DNA of 64,000 bases, taken from NCBI GenBank assembly GCA_951406725.2, contig OX597817.1:105462001-105526000 (forward strand), read 5' to 3'. Both the position numbers and the translations under genes were made by a program. A model generated the notes under the pieces. It worked only from the letters and a program-made list of their open reading frames with translations, was not told where the DNA came from and made no database searches. The DNA is from Octopus vulgaris. Its lineage: Eukaryota. Of the stretch, positions 62,291 through 64,000 are shown piece by piece (position 1 is the stretch's first letter; each line of letters opens with the position of its first letter).

Positions 62291-64000
62291 CAAGATATGA
62301 AAATGAAAAACAATTGTTTATTTACACATTGAATATTCTACCAAACAAATTTTAGAAAAGTAAGTAAAAAAAATTTTTCTGACATATAATAAACATGTCA
62401 AACTAAATGTAAATAATTCATGACATTAAAGTATGTTATTACATAATTAGTTTAAAAGTGTTTTTTTCCAATATGATATTTAATTAAGCAAGTTTTATAA
62501 TTATGCTAATGTATTTAAGATTTATTATGTAAGTTAATTAGAAGAGCTTCATAAAAAATAATTAAGATCATATTGAATAAAAGTATTAAGAATTTGATAC
62601 TAATTTAATTAAGTCATTTTTTTTTTAGTGTAGGGCAATAAAAATATTAGGGCTTAAATAGATATCAAAGCTTGAAAATATTAGATGCTTTATCTCTTGT
62701 GAGCTCTTTCGACACTCAAATATGCAAAATATATAACATAATTAACTAAAGCCAGTCCCTTTTATATACAGCACTCTTCAAATTTGTTTAAACACGACAA
62801 TGCAAGTTAAAACACTTGCTGCAGGAATGAACTCTCATTGCAGGTACTTACACAAAAGGTACAGTGTGGTGGCGGGCTGCATGAATTGATCTCTAGCCTA
62901 GAGCTATAGTAGAAGATTCTTTCCCACTCTGCCATGCAGTGGGACCGAACCCATGACCACATTGCCATACCAAGCCATATGTTTCACTAATTAATGTAGG
63001 AACCTGTATACCATCTTAGTCAAAATAACAGCCAAATTTTCCTCAGACCACAACCTGTCATCTTACAAAAAAAAAGACAGTGTAACGCAGGCTTAAAGTA
63101 GACAGCATGGTCAAGGCTTGAATACCTCTCATAACAGGTCTGCTCAAATTTGGCAGACCTAGTGTTAAGCAATTAGCATTCATACTATGATCAACAAACA
63201 TGATTTCCTGAAAAGTTCACTCTCTGACATAGTTGACATTTTTTGTTCTTTATTGTTCTGAAAATCTACACTTGTACTTTCTACATATCTTGCAGTCATC
63301 TTTCCTGTTATTACTTTTCCATGTGGCCGTTTTTTGTCTTTTTTCCATGTTTGTAACTATTATGTACGATGTGTTCATTCCCTCTTTGAGAAATGTACAA
63401 CAGTTATAAATATAGCTCCACTTGACAATGGGGTAATGTAATTATTTTTCCACTTGTTTAGCATAAGGGAAGTTTCTATTGAGGCTTTACACTTTGTAAT
63501 GTGGAAGTCATACTTAAATGGTATCAGGAATAGTAGTTATATTCTTATTTGATGCTTGATAAACCAATTCAAGATTAAATATTCCAGGGTGCTTCAATAA
63601 ATAGTTGAATGAATTACTACTGAAGTTATGAACTAGAGGCCTGACTCATATGAGGTGGAGTGTTCAACTAGTATATCAGACCGAGGCTCAGAGTGACAAG
63701 AGGTACCTGTGAATATCTGTTGGGCCCTTCCTAAAGAGAAAGGACAAAAAAACCTCTTCAATCTTTTGAATTTAGAGGTCTTGACCAGATGGTGGAAGGG
63801 AACTTTCTGACAGTTAATATCTTTATTAAAAAGTTTCCTAAGTGGAAAGGGATAATCTAAATTATTTAATTGTTTAGTGTGAATATATAGGACATGGTAG
63901 GTGATAACTTTCATGTGACAATAACATGCTTTGTACTCTACACTGTTTTGTTTAAGCCAGCTCTGATACAGTAACTTTATAATCAAAGTCATAAATCTCT

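Noticed and set aside
63200-64000. ORF 63633..63992 and neighbouring sequence, possibly a Penelope remnant
   Set aside because: No diagnostic motif recognised.

Overview
Eukaryotic, AT-rich, microsatellite-dense genomic DNA. The SINE/LINE repertoire and the (TA)n/(CA)n/(TACA)n content resemble an Octopus (coleoid cephalopod) genome; this is inferred, not proven. One host gene is supported: a 4-exon MRM3/RNMTL1 (mitochondrial SPOUT rRNA 2'-O-methyltransferase), join(43619..43905,47592..47836,54262..54420,57890..58443), 414 aa, + strand. Intron 2 carries a complete 3,768-bp antisense hAT transposon with a perfect 8-bp TSD, whose transposase has a single UAG lesion. The rest is a transposable-element graveyard: tRNA-derived SINEs, RTE/CR1/Dong/CRE/Tx1 LINE remnants, mariner, Tigger, Chapaev3 and Charlie DNA elements, and foldback MITEs. 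The most notable signals are: (i) a set of type I hammerhead ribozymes in Penelope-like/retrozyme-like repeats at 2-15 kb, some with greatly enlarged stem II and one whose inverted copy starts exactly at the predicted cleavage site; (ii) two short templated insertions, one of which duplicates the MRM3 exon-3 splice acceptor into intron 3. Repeat boundaries were read by eye and are approximate unless TIRs or TSDs are quoted.
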